64,000 bases of DNA from assembly GCA_040876345.1 (NCBI GenBank), contig JBBDPM010000006.1:70803-134802 (forward strand), in the 5' to 3' direction. Both the position numbers and the translations under genes were made by a program. This DNA is from Candidatus Woykebacteria bacterium. Its GTDB lineage: Bacteria > Patescibacteriota > Microgenomatia > Woykebacterales > RBG-16-39-9b. Within the stretch, counting starts at the first letter, position 1; every line of letters begins with the position of its first letter. The notes beneath the pieces were generated by a model that worked only from the letters and a program-made list of their open reading frames with translations, was not told the origin of the DNA and searched no databases. Shown in pieces: positions 1 to 8,826 of the stretch.

Positions 1-1
1 T

Positions 2-541
2 CCTGTTGTTGTTGGTCATGACGCCTCTCTCGCTTGTCTTGCGGAATATACTTATGGGGAGCAAAAAAACAAAGATCCCCTTCTTTACATAACCGTTAGT
101 ACGGGTATTGGACTCGGAGTCGTTGAAGATGGAAAACTGCGCCACGGACTTTATTATCCCCACGCTGGGCACCAATTTTTAGGAGAAGGTGAAATAAAGT
201 GCTGGTGTGGTCAAGATTCTGACTTAGAAGCAAGCGTATCGGGCTGGTCCTTAAGAGAAAAAACTGGTAAAGCTCCAAGAGAAGTGGAAGGAACCCCTGT
301 TTGGTATAAAGCCATGGATATTCTTTCGAAAGGCATTTGTAACTTCATAATGAGTTACTCACCAGAAGTAGTTGTGATCGGTGGGGGAATGACAAATCAC
401 GGAGACATTTTTTTTAAACCGGTAAAAGAGGGAGTAAATAAATATTTAAAGATACTTCCGGTACCACCAATCCATCCAGCATCTTTGGAGGAACCAGGAA
501 TAGTAGGAGCACTTGAACTAGCAGAACAATCTCTGAATTGA
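2..541 (+). CDS. ROK-family sugar kinase/regulator, C-terminal part (5' end lies outside window)
   Basis: Frame open from window edge; translation PVVVGHDASLACLAEYTYGE...HAGHQFLGEGEIKCWCGQDSD...VVIGGGMTNHGD shows the ROK fold including the Cys-rich zinc motif; TGA stop at 539-541. Confidence 0.65.
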   Translation, partial: PVVVGHDASLACLAEYTYGEQKNKDPLLYITVSTGIGLGVVEDGKLRHGLYYPHAGHQFLGEGEIKCWCGQDSDLEASVSGWSLREKTGKAPREVEGTPVWYKAMDILSKGICNFIMSYSPEVVVIGGGMTNHGDIFFKPVKEGVNKYLKILPVPPIHPASLEEPGIVGALELAEQSLN

Positions 542-713
542 GGACAAAAGTACAGCTCACCTTGCTATCCAAATGTTGCCACCTGAAAACTCATGCGAGC
601 TTTCACAGAAGATGAACTGCCACTTCTTTTTACCCCTTTAAAACACCAACCGTCAACAAACAAGCAATAAAAGGAAGTTTTTTGATATTTTTGGGTCGTT
701 AAATTTATCAATA

Positions 714-1451
714 TTGAAATTGGTATGCATAAGGTATATCATTTACTCGATGCTAGAAAAAGAAGTTAGTGAGTCTTCTATAGTTGAATCCCCATACAGA
801 ATTTCTTGGAAAAGAATTGGTAAATTCGTAATACCCATATTGCTCTTAGCACTGGCATTTGCCATTTGGTTTATGTATTTTTATATCCCACCAAAACTTG
901 AACCAACTGATCCCCAGACCCCAACCCCAGACTTTGAACAAGCAACAGAGTCCGCCAAACCCGCAACTGGCTCTGCCAAAAAAGACGAAACAGCGGGTTG
1001 GGAAATTATAGTGAGTAAAAAGCAAGGCTTTTCTTTTAAATATCCTAAAGACCGTGTGTTAGCTGAAGTAGACGATGAAGGTAATGTGGGACTTGCTACC
1101 TCGCAAAAACTGCTAAAACAACAAGGTGGACCTCCAATGGGAACGTTAAATAGAAAAACTTCTGAAGTAAATAGCGGAAAAGAGGCTTTTGATGCAGAAA
1201 TTAACATTGCCGGGGATGTGGAATTCGAGGAGGTAACAATGAATAACGCTACTGGAGTTTGCGCTGTTGAAGAGGATAAATATAAACAAATGTTGGCTGA
1301 TTGCTATTTCAGTTCCGCAGATGGGAGTAAGATTGTTAGAATAGTGATAAACACCAGTAGAGGTGATAGCCCAACTGAGGAAGAAAAGAAAGCTGAGATC
1401 GAAGACTTTAAACTTTATAAAAAAATCCTCTCAACCCTCAAGTTCGACTAA
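714..1451 (+). CDS. membrane-anchored hypothetical protein, paralog 1 of a tandem triplet (N-terminal TM, P/T/S/K-rich linker, C-terminal ...STLKFD)
   Basis: 245-aa ORF; single N-terminal hydrophobic helix; linker ATESAKPATGSAKK; motif W-x-I-x(5)-GFSFKYPKD; ends LSTLKFD. Confidence 0.5.
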   Translation: MKLVCIRYIIYSMLEKEVSESSIVESPYRISWKRIGKFVIPILLLALAFAIWFMYFYIPPKLEPTDPQTPTPDFEQATESAKPATGSAKKDETAGWEIIVSKKQGFSFKYPKDRVLAEVDDEGNVGLATSQKLLKQQGGPPMGTLNRKTSEVNSGKEAFDAEINIAGDVEFEEVTMNNATGVCAVEEDKYKQMLADCYFSSADGSKIVRIVINTSRGDSPTEEEKKAEIEDFKLYKKILSTLKFD

Positions 1452-1522
1452 AGATCACTGCAAGCAAATTCCTGGATTAACTTCACCTTCCCTTTTACAC
1501 TGTTTTTAATTACAATGTAGCT

Positions 1523-2263
1523 ATGTCGGAAGAGCGGACTGTAAATGTCAGATATCCTCAGAAAAGAAAACCGCTGAAGATAAAACCAGCTTTTGCAATT
1601 GTCGTTTTAATCATTGTTCTCGCTTTAGTCTGGTTAATTTTCTTAAAACCAACACCTAAGGAGGAGTCAAAACCTGACGAGCAAAATCAGGAAGAAGCAA
1701 CGGAAAGTGCCAAGCGGGAAGTGGCAACAAGCTCTGCCTCCACAAAGCTCTCTACTTCAGATTGGTTTAAATACGCCGATGTAGAGGAGACTTTTTCGGT
1801 CCTCGTACCTGAAAGGTGGTTCTACGATAAAACGGCGAGGGGGATACGTGATCAAGGTAAAGTTTTAGGAGGGGCTGCAAACTTTAACTTTGTTGAAAGA
1901 AAGTTTGATCCTGAAAAGAATTTTATAGTCTATTTTGAGCAAGACATCCTTTCGTCTGACATTTCCTTAGAAAACTACGCTGCTAGAATCGCTTGCTTAA
2001 GAACGGGTGGTGAAGACTGCGAAAATGCTACACCACCAAAAACACAAAAGAAGGTAAAAGTGACGGGCAAAGACGCAGTCTGGCAAGAAATTCACACGGA
2101 AGACGAAGGGGTTGGCATAGAAGCCTACATTCCAAAAAGTAATACTGAAATATATGTACTTTACACCCAAGGCGGAATTGAAGAATCAGACAATAGTTTT
2201 AAAGTAAAGCAAGAGCTCATAGATATTGTGGGAGCGATGCTTACCAGTTTTAAATTTTTATAG
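1523..2263 (+). CDS. membrane-anchored hypothetical protein, paralog 2
   Basis: 246-aa ORF; same architecture (TM, linker ATESAKREVATSSAS, W-F-K-Y..., ends LTSFKFL). Confidence 0.5.
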   Translation: MSEERTVNVRYPQKRKPLKIKPAFAIVVLIIVLALVWLIFLKPTPKEESKPDEQNQEEATESAKREVATSSASTKLSTSDWFKYADVEETFSVLVPERWFYDKTARGIRDQGKVLGGAANFNFVERKFDPEKNFIVYFEQDILSSDISLENYAARIACLRTGGEDCENATPPKTQKKVKVTGKDAVWQEIHTEDEGVGIEAYIPKSNTEIYVLYTQGGIEESDNSFKVKQELIDIVGAMLTSFKFL

Positions 2264-2277
2264 TATAATCATTATCC

Positions 2278-2976
2278 ATGCCAACTCTACAAAACCAACA
2301 GTTACCTGCGTATCCAAATCAATCAACATCAGGAAAAGGAATTAACTGGGCAGCTGTCTCAGCTGTTTCTTCAATAATAATTTTTGTATTAATAATCGCG
2401 GTACTTGGATATTGGTGGTTAGTAATTCGTCCTGAAGTTGAATCCCAGCCACCAATCCAAGCGACCTCCACCAAACAAGCCTCACCATCCGCCAAACCCG
2501 CCACAAAATCTTCCGAGGTTGATGAGAAGGCGGACTGGAAAACTTATACAGACACTAAGACTGGATACACGTTAAAGTACCCTAAAGATTGGCTCTCTGG
2601 AACTTGCGAGGATAAATATCTTTTCTTGGCTCCAAGTAAAGATATTCTTGGAATATGTTCATCTGAATTTGGAGGTTTGATTAATATAACTTCTGGGGAA
2701 TCTGACTACAAAGATTATATTTCTCAATTTGACGATTTATCCTATTTTTATAATTCTTCTAAGAAGGAGATAACTATTTCTGGAAAAGATGCTATTAGAG
2801 TTTCAGGAAAATATAAGGAATCAAGTAATTATGTCCAAAAAGATGCTTTGAGAATTGAGTATGTTATTAATCAAGGAAAGGGAAAAATCCTAATTCTAAA
2901 TTATTACAGTAAACCACAATGGGGCGATTATTCAAAAGCCTTTGAAAAAATAGTCTCGACCTTCAGGTTCGACTAA
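2278..2976 (+). CDS. membrane-anchored hypothetical protein, paralog 3
   Basis: 232-aa ORF; TM, linker ATSTKQASPSAKPATKSS, W-K-T-Y-x(5)-GYTLKYPKDW, ends VSTFRFD; 3' flank shares GAAGCAAATTCCT with paralog 1. Confidence 0.5.
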   Translation: MPTLQNQQLPAYPNQSTSGKGINWAAVSAVSSIIIFVLIIAVLGYWWLVIRPEVESQPPIQATSTKQASPSAKPATKSSEVDEKADWKTYTDTKTGYTLKYPKDWLSGTCEDKYLFLAPSKDILGICSSEFGGLINITSGESDYKDYISQFDDLSYFYNSSKKEITISGKDAIRVSGKYKESSNYVQKDALRIEYVINQGKGKILILNYYSKPQWGDYSKAFEKIVSTFRFD

Positions 2977-3036
2977 CACTCGTTGGAAGCAAATTCCTCC
3001 TTGCCTCTTACATCCACCATCCTATATCTTATATTC

Positions 3037-3556
3037 ATGAAGGTCGCTGTTGGCTCGAAAAATCCAACTAAAATAAACTCTGTAGCAAGCCTTTGAAAAA
3101 GCTTTTGGAAAAATAGAAATTGTCTCCGTTAAAACAGACTCGGACGTGCGTGATCAACCTTTAAGCGACAAAGGATCAGTAAAAGGCGCGGCCAACAGAG
3201 CAAAGTCTGCGATGGGGAAAACCAAGGCGGATTTTGGAGTTGGCCTCGAAGGCGGAATTCAAGACCACGGTTTTGGTATATTCGAGTGTGGCTGGGAAGT
3301 TGTGCTCGATAAATCCGGAAAGAATGGAACAGGATCATCTGCAAAATTTGAAGTTCCTAAAAAAGTCTATACCGAAATAAAAAAAGGTAGAGAGCTAAAA
3401 GACATTTTCGATGAGCTCTCTGGTGTCGAAAATATCGGTGAAACAATTGGTGCTTTTGGAGTATTAACCAAAGGGGGCCTTAACCGAACTGACGCCTATG
3501 AGAACGCCGTTGCCTGTGCTCTGATGCCTTTTGTAGCTAGGGAATACTACAAATGA
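3037..3556 (+). pseudogene. YjjX-like inosine/xanthosine triphosphatase (non-canonical purine NTPase), interrupted by a +1 frameshift at about 3083-3096
   Basis: Frame 1 from ATG 3037 gives MKVAVGSKNPTKINSVASL then TGA at 3094. Frame 2 from 3086 continues QAFEKAFGKIEIVSVKTDSDVRDQPLSDKG...IGAFGVLTKGGLNRTDAYENAVACALMPF. Together these match the YjjX family end to end. Confidence 0.6.
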
Positions 3557-3855
3557 TAATAATTTATACTACTTTTTCGGATAAAAAATCAGCAAAACTA
3601 ACTACTAGAAAAATTCTTGAGCAAAAATTGGCAAGCTGTGTTCAGATTTTTCCAATCGAAAGTGCTTACTGGTGGAAAGGGAAGATTGAGGAAGCAGCTG
3701 AAACCGCCGTCTTTATCAAAACTAAAAAATCTCTTCAAAAGAGAGTGACTGACTTCATCTCCAAAAACCATCCTTACGAAGTTCCAGAGATTGTCTCTAT
3801 TACTCCGGCCGACGTAAACAAACCATACTTTGACTGGATCGAAGATTCAGTATAA
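3553..3855 (+). CDS. cutA: divalent-cation tolerance protein CutA
   Basis: 100 aa; ...SCVQIFPIESAYWWKGKIEE...NHPYEVPEIVSI is typical CutA1. Confidence 0.8.
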   Translation: MIIIYTTFSDKKSAKLTTRKILEQKLASCVQIFPIESAYWWKGKIEEAAETAVFIKTKKSLQKRVTDFISKNHPYEVPEIVSITPADVNKPYFDWIEDSV

Positions 3856-3877
3856 GATAGATATATAGACTGTCCAA

Positions 3878-4297
3878 ATGATTTTTCTTTTTATATTTCT
3901 AGACGTAACTTCAGTTCTTTTTGGTGTGTCACTTGGGGTACTAACCGGTGAAAAGCTTGGTGAAGAGCTGGTACCAAACATCCTTATTTTAGTTTTTGGG
4001 TTTTTCGCTGTCCGAACTCTTCTTTACTGGGTTTTGTTTAGATCGGTTGTCAACAGAGACATGCCTTGGAACAGAAATATCTTGCAGTCACTTTTTTTTC
4101 TGGCAATCCTGCCGCTTTTATTCTCAATTTTAGTGGCACTACCATCTGCACTCGTAAAACAAGGGTCCGGGATTTTCTCTGCCTTTCTTTTCTTCGCAAA
4201 TCTAAACGGATCAATTTTTTACTTTATTGTTGTGCCAGCGGTTGCCCTTGCAGCAAGCTTTGGAATCCACAAAATTTACAAAATTGAGAACTGGTGA
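3878..4297 (+). CDS. hypothetical multi-pass membrane protein
   Basis: 139-aa ORF, 4 predicted hydrophobic helices. Confidence 0.4.
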   Translation: MIFLFIFLDVTSVLFGVSLGVLTGEKLGEELVPNILILVFGFFAVRTLLYWVLFRSVVNRDMPWNRNILQSLFFLAILPLLFSILVALPSALVKQGSGIFSAFLFFANLNGSIFYFIVVPAVALAASFGIHKIYKIENW

Positions 4298-4355
4298 AAG
4301 AGCCTAATGGGCGATTTGACAACAAAGTTTTTTTCTTGTAGTATAGGCCCCTGTC

Positions 4356-4904
4356 ATGTCACAAATTTTTTTCGAAAAGCAAAGTGCGCAAGGTCAAACC
4401 CCGACTCGTAAGCGAACCTTTATCACGATAACTGCCGTAATTTTGGGCCTTCTAGTTATAGTTGTGGCGGGATATTTCGTTCGTAAAGAGTCAAGTGTTA
4501 CCGGCAAACCAGAGCAAGCCGTCTCCAAAATGCAAGAAAAGGGAAAAGTCACCACGGTGGAAACGCAAAACGGTCCTATAAAAATTGAGGAAGGTAAAGT
4601 GGCTGATGCTTTCCCAAAAGACGTTGCGATTTATGCAAATGCGAAGGTGGAAACTTCAACTGAGGCTTTCGACGGAGTCTCTCTTAAATTAAAAACAGCC
4701 GACAATGCTGATAAGATTACCGGGTTCTACAAAGACAAACTTTCAGAAAATGGTTGGACGGAAGTGGCCATAAATAATATGGAGGGCTCTTCCTTAATTA
4801 CCGCTAAAAAAGAAGGTCGAGAGCTTGTTATCACCTCAATATCAGAAGAGTCTAGCTCTGACACGTCTATCGCAATAGTAATTTTAAATCCCCAAAAAAC
4901 TTAA
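4356..4904 (+). CDS. membrane-anchored hypothetical protein
   Basis: 182 aa; N-terminal TM (ITAVILGLLVIVVAGYF) followed by a soluble domain. Confidence 0.45.
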   Translation: MSQIFFEKQSAQGQTPTRKRTFITITAVILGLLVIVVAGYFVRKESSVTGKPEQAVSKMQEKGKVTTVETQNGPIKIEEGKVADAFPKDVAIYANAKVETSTEAFDGVSLKLKTADNADKITGFYKDKLSENGWTEVAINNMEGSSLITAKKEGRELVITSISEESSSDTSIAIVILNPQKT

Positions 4905-4956
4905 ACATTTTGACTTAAGGCCCTCTCAACAGCTAAAATAAATACAATGGCCCTTC

Positions 4957-5820
4957 ATGAAAATCCACAGTGTTGATCCAAAGATTTGTAAACAGGAGAT
5001 AGTTGGAATTTCGTATTCCGGCGGTGGAAATAGAGGTATAGTCCACATTGGAGCCTTAAGAGCTTTTTTGGAGAAGAAAATTATCCCAACTCACATAGCC
5101 GGAGTCTCGGCTGGTGCTTTTGTAGCCGCTTTTCACGCGTATGATCCTCATACATTTAATTCTTTTACTGATCTAAAAATTCTTTTCTCCTATGTAAACA
5201 AAGCTTTTATTGGCCTTTCCGTTCCCCAAATTCTAGGAAAGCTCATCACCCAAGGATTGGGCGCAAAGAGCCTAGGAGACTCAAAGAAAATAGAGGCAAT
5301 TTTAGAAAAAAGGCTCCCGTTTAGAACCTTTGCGGGTCTCAAAGTACCGTTATTTATTGGGGCAACAAACGTTGAGTCTGGTCAAGACACCTGGTTTACT
5401 GAGGGGGAAATTATCCCTGCCTTGCTTGCGTCTGGGGCTACACCGGGAATTTTTCCACCAGTAGAAATTGGCGGGGAAGTCTACATTGATGGGGGAGTAA
5501 CCGACAATTTACCCCTTTTTAGGCTTTCCAAAGAGGGCTGCGGGGTAATCTACGCCGTAAATGCCGGCTATTCTGGAGAGAACAAAAAACCACCAAAAAA
5601 TTTCTTGGAGGCAATTGTCGATGCACGTGACATTGCCCAATATCAGACGAGTCGCTACGAAATAGAGCTAATCAAATGTTTGTACCCTGGAATAAAAATC
5701 ATCCCAGTTGAACCAAGAGCCGGCCTCAAAATGACCCCCTACGACTTCACCCCAGAAAAGGCCGATGAAGTAATCGAAGAAAGTTACCAAAGGACAAAGG
5801 AGATTTTGGATAAAAATTAA
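4957..5820 (+). CDS. patatin-like phospholipase (copy 1)
   Basis: SGGGNRG oxyanion box, GVSAG (GxSxG) nucleophile elbow, IDGGVTDNLP (DGG) motif. Confidence 0.8.
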   Translation: MKIHSVDPKICKQEIVGISYSGGGNRGIVHIGALRAFLEKKIIPTHIAGVSAGAFVAAFHAYDPHTFNSFTDLKILFSYVNKAFIGLSVPQILGKLITQGLGAKSLGDSKKIEAILEKRLPFRTFAGLKVPLFIGATNVESGQDTWFTEGEIIPALLASGATPGIFPPVEIGGEVYIDGGVTDNLPLFRLSKEGCGVIYAVNAGYSGENKKPPKNFLEAIVDARDIAQYQTSRYEIELIKCLYPGIKIIPVEPRAGLKMTPYDFTPEKADEVIEESYQRTKEILDKN

Positions 5821-5845
5821 AATTAAAAAAAAGGAGGTGAGAATT

Positions 5846-5986
5846 ATGATGTTCTATGGTTATGACCAAATGGGCGGGAGTTATGGCTTACACTTATTTT
5901 TAGCCTGGGTGACCTGGATATTAGTAGTCGTCGCTCTAATACTACTTATTGTTTGGCTTTGGAAACAGATTAATAAAGAAAAGTAG
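5846..5986 (+). CDS. small membrane peptide (46 aa) not in ORF track
   Basis: Perfect SD AAGGAGGTGA at 5831-5840, ATG 5846; MMFYGYDQMGGSYGLHLFLAWVTWILVVVALILLIVWLWKQINKEK; TAG stop 5984-5986; directly upstream of metal ATPase. Confidence 0.45.
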   Translation: MMFYGYDQMGGSYGLHLFLAWVTWILVVVALILLIVWLWKQINKEK

Positions 5987-5997
5987 GAATTTATCTC

Positions 5998-8211
5998 ATG
6001 AAAAAATACACATGTCCGATGCACCCGGAAGTAAAATCTGACAAAGCCGGTAGCTGCCCAAAGTGTGGTATGAGATTGGAGCCCTATGAAAAAGAAACTT
6101 CAGATGGGAACCATACTGTCCATTCTGAGCACGAAATGAAACCAACTTTAGAAATGGGCTGGTGGGAAAAGTTCAAAATGAGCATGAGCATGACGATGGG
6201 GATGGAACATACCGGTCTGGCTGGAAGAGAGATGGCGAGACTTATGGAATTGGATATTCGCAATAAGTTTTTCTTTTCCTTGATTATAACAATCCCGATC
6301 ATTGCTTACTCACCAGTCGGTGAAAAAATACTAGGACTAAAACTACCAACCCCAATTCCGGCCACATGGTTATTACTTATCTTAACCACCCCAGTTTTCT
6401 TTTACGCTGGTTGGATATTCCTTTACTCCACCTACAAGGCTTTACAAAAAAGAACTTTGAATATGGCGGTTCTGATTGCCGTTGGGATAACCGCCGCTTA
6501 CGCCTTTAGTATTATCCTTACCTTAATCGGTAGTGAAGACTCTTTTTACGAAGCAGCGACGATGTTAATAACTTTTGTACTTTTTGGTCACTGGATGGAA
6601 ATGAAAAGTAGAAGAGGAACGACAGATGCCTTACAAGCCCTTTTTAATCTAGTTCCGCCGCAAGCTAGAGTAGTCCGAGACGGCAAAGAGCAGCTCGTTC
6701 CAACCTCCGAAGTTAAGTTAAACGACATCGTTGTCCTCAAACCCGGCGATAAAGTTCCGGTCGACGGTGAAATACTCGAAGGAGAAACCGCCATCGATGA
6801 ATCTTTAGTTACCGGAGAATCTATCGCCGTTGCAAAGAAAAAGGGGGATCAAGTGATAGGTGGCTCTATCAACACCTCTGGATCAGTTAATTTTAAAGCG
6901 ACCAAAGTTGGCGAAGACACAGCTCTTGCCCAAATTGTCAAAATGGTTGAGACTGCTCAAAACTCAAAAGCTCCTGGTCAGAGGTTAGCTGATAGGTTTG
7001 CCAAATACTTAGTTATCGTTGCAGTTGGTGGTGGTTTGTTGACTTTTTCAGTTTGGTTTTTTATTCTCGGTCAACCACTTCTTTTTGCTTTAACCTTTGC
7101 TATATCTACTGTAGTAATTGCTTGTCCGGATGCCTTAGGACTTGCAACTCCAACAGCCGTAGCAGTCGGAACCAGTCTTGGAGCCAAGCATAATATTTTA
7201 ATTAAAGATGCGCCCACTCTTGAGCAAGTGTCGAGGATTCAAGCGGCAGTACTGGATAAAACAGGCACTTTAACTGAAGGAAAACCAAAAATTACCGCGG
7301 TCGCGACCGTAGAGGGTTTTGATGAAAACGAAGCCCTAAAGTTAATTGGAGCAGCTGAGGCTAAATCTTCTCATCCATTAAGTAACGCCGTGTTGGAAGA
7401 ATTAAAGAATCGAAAACTGGAAATATCCGCAAAAGTTGGCCAATTTGAGAACTTATCAGGGCTCGGGGTAAGAGCGACGGTTGAGGGTAAAAATGTTTTG
7501 GTAGGTACGGTCAAATTGATGAGGGAAAACAAGATAGATTTACAAAAACTTGATCCAAAAATTGATAACCTTCTTTCAAAAGGTAATACAATAATGGTTC
7601 TGGCGGTTGATAGCAGGGCAGTTGCCGTACTTAGTGCAGCGGACCCAATCAAACCAAATGCCAAACGCGCGGTTGAACGGTTAAACAAACTAGGTATAGA
7701 GACAGCGATGATTACCGGTGACAATCAAAAAACAGCGGAAGCTGTAGCAAAACATATTGGTGTTGAAAGAGTTTTTTCTGAAGTTTTGCCAGAGGATAAG
7801 GCAAAATACGTTAAGAGACTTCAGGAGGAAGGTAAATTTGTGGCTATGGTTGGGGACGGTGTTAACGATGCACCGGCGCTTGCTCAAGCTGATATCGGCA
7901 TCGCTATCGGTGCTGGCACAGATGTGGCTATCGAAACAGCTAAAGTAGTCTTGATGAAGTCCGATCCAGCTGACGTTTTAAGAGCGATTCGACTGTCAAA
8001 AGCTACAGTAACTAAGATGAAACAAAATCTTTTCTGGGCTTCGATTTACAATTTACTGGCAATACCGGTTGCAGCCGGAATTCTTTACCCTAGCTTTGGC
8101 ATATCTCTTCGGCCCGAAGTCTCCGCTCTTCTTATGAGTGCTTCCTCCGTGATTGTTGCCACCAACGCTGTTCTTCTCAACAGAGCCGAAAAAGACTTGG
8201 TAGCAATTTAG
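5998..8211 (+). CDS. heavy-metal (probably Cu+) translocating P1B-type ATPase
   Basis: N-terminal CPMHPE...CPKCGM metal-binding domain; Met-rich MSMSMTMGMEH segment; TM6 motif CPD (IACPDALGLATP); DKTGTLT, GDGVNDAPAL. Confidence 0.85.
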   Translation: MKKYTCPMHPEVKSDKAGSCPKCGMRLEPYEKETSDGNHTVHSEHEMKPTLEMGWWEKFKMSMSMTMGMEHTGLAGREMARLMELDIRNKFFFSLIITIPIIAYSPVGEKILGLKLPTPIPATWLLLILTTPVFFYAGWIFLYSTYKALQKRTLNMAVLIAVGITAAYAFSIILTLIGSEDSFYEAATMLITFVLFGHWMEMKSRRGTTDALQALFNLVPPQARVVRDGKEQLVPTSEVKLNDIVVLKPGDKVPVDGEILEGETAIDESLVTGESIAVAKKKGDQVIGGSINTSGSVNFKATKVGEDTALAQIVKMVETAQNSKAPGQRLADRFAKYLVIVAVGGGLLTFSVWFFILGQPLLFALTFAISTVVIACPDALGLATPTAVAVGTSLGAKHNILIKDAPTLEQVSRIQAAVLDKTGTLTEGKPKITAVATVEGFDENEALKLIGAAEAKSSHPLSNAVLEELKNRKLEISAKVGQFENLSGLGVRATVEGKNVLVGTVKLMRENKIDLQKLDPKIDNLLSKGNTIMVLAVDSRAVAVLSAADPIKPNAKRAVERLNKLGIETAMITGDNQKTAEAVAKHIGVERVFSEVLPEDKAKYVKRLQEEGKFVAMVGDGVNDAPALAQADIGIAIGAGTDVAIETAKVVLMKSDPADVLRAIRLSKATVTKMKQNLFWASIYNLLAIPVAAGILYPSFGISLRPEVSALLMSASSVIVATNAVLLNRAEKDLVAI

Positions 8212-8224
8212 AATACCCCAATAA

Positions 8225-8253
8225 TTGACAGGAACAATCTATACTAATAAAAT
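8225..8253 (+). promoter_or_regulatory. sigma70-like promoter TTGACA-17-TAAAAT
   Basis: TTGACA 8225-8230, 17-nt spacer, TAAAAT 8248-8253; about 50 nt upstream of small ORF at 8305. Confidence 0.3.
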
Positions 8254-8304
8254 CAACCAAGCAACGATCGGCCTGGGCAATCGAAAAGGGAAAGGAGATC
8301 CTGC

Positions 8305-8433
8305 ATGACATTCCGACCTGAAGGAAGCTGGGTGAAAGCCGGGGCAGTAGTCTTGAGTGTAATCATCACGATTATGCTTGGGTTTCTCCTTGGCACTAAG
8401 CCCACTACCGAAGCGACAGGAGGTGACGGATGA
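8305..8433 (+). CDS. small TM peptide (42 aa) in GC-rich islet
   Basis: SD GGAAAGGAG 8288-8296; MTFRPEGSWVKAGAVVLSVIITIMLGFLLGTKPTTEATGGDG; stop overlaps next ATG (ATGA). Confidence 0.35.
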   Translation: MTFRPEGSWVKAGAVVLSVIITIMLGFLLGTKPTTEATGGDG

Positions 8434-8765
8434 AGTCAACGTTTCGCACGGAGGGATTCTGGTCGTCCTTCGTCAATACATTCCTCATTGTGTCGGCGTT
8501 CGTTTGCGCTGTTGCAACCTTCATCCGATTCCTGATGGAGGATGAGCGCTCGACGTCGCGGGAGGTTCAGGAACAACGGGAAGATACCTGGGCTGAACAT
8601 GAGTACGTCTTCCACGGAGGCGCGGTAGGTGCAAGCCATAATGGGCAGCGAAAAACTGTCCTTCAGAGACCAACACACCATGATCCGCGCCAGCACGGAT
8701 TTCGTCGCGTACTACGCGGTAGACAGATCGTCGAACTTAATCCAACGGGAGGTGAGCTGAACTAG
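8430..8765 (+). CDS. hypothetical protein (111 aa) with N-terminal TM, translationally coupled to the 8305 ORF
   Basis: SD AGGAGGTG 8414-8421; ATGA overlap; local GC clearly higher than flanks. Confidence 0.35.
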   Translation: MKSTFRTEGFWSSFVNTFLIVSAFVCAVATFIRFLMEDERSTSREVQEQREDTWAEHEYVFHGGAVGASHNGQRKTVLQRPTHHDPRQHGFRRVLRGRQIVELNPTGGELN

Positions 8766-8826
8766 ACGGTTCCCATCAACCCACTAGAACTCGCGGAGAC
8801 CAAAAATCTTCGCGAGGTTTTAGAAC

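Noticed and set aside
881-1207. Antisense or internal ORFs within confident genes (881-1207, 6084-6302, 7371-7887, 23200-23590, 24218-24517, 26170-26448, 28174-28861, 36060-36603, 51226-52183 and similar)
   Set aside because: They lie fully inside better-supported CDSs on the other strand or frame, lack RBS and family similarity.
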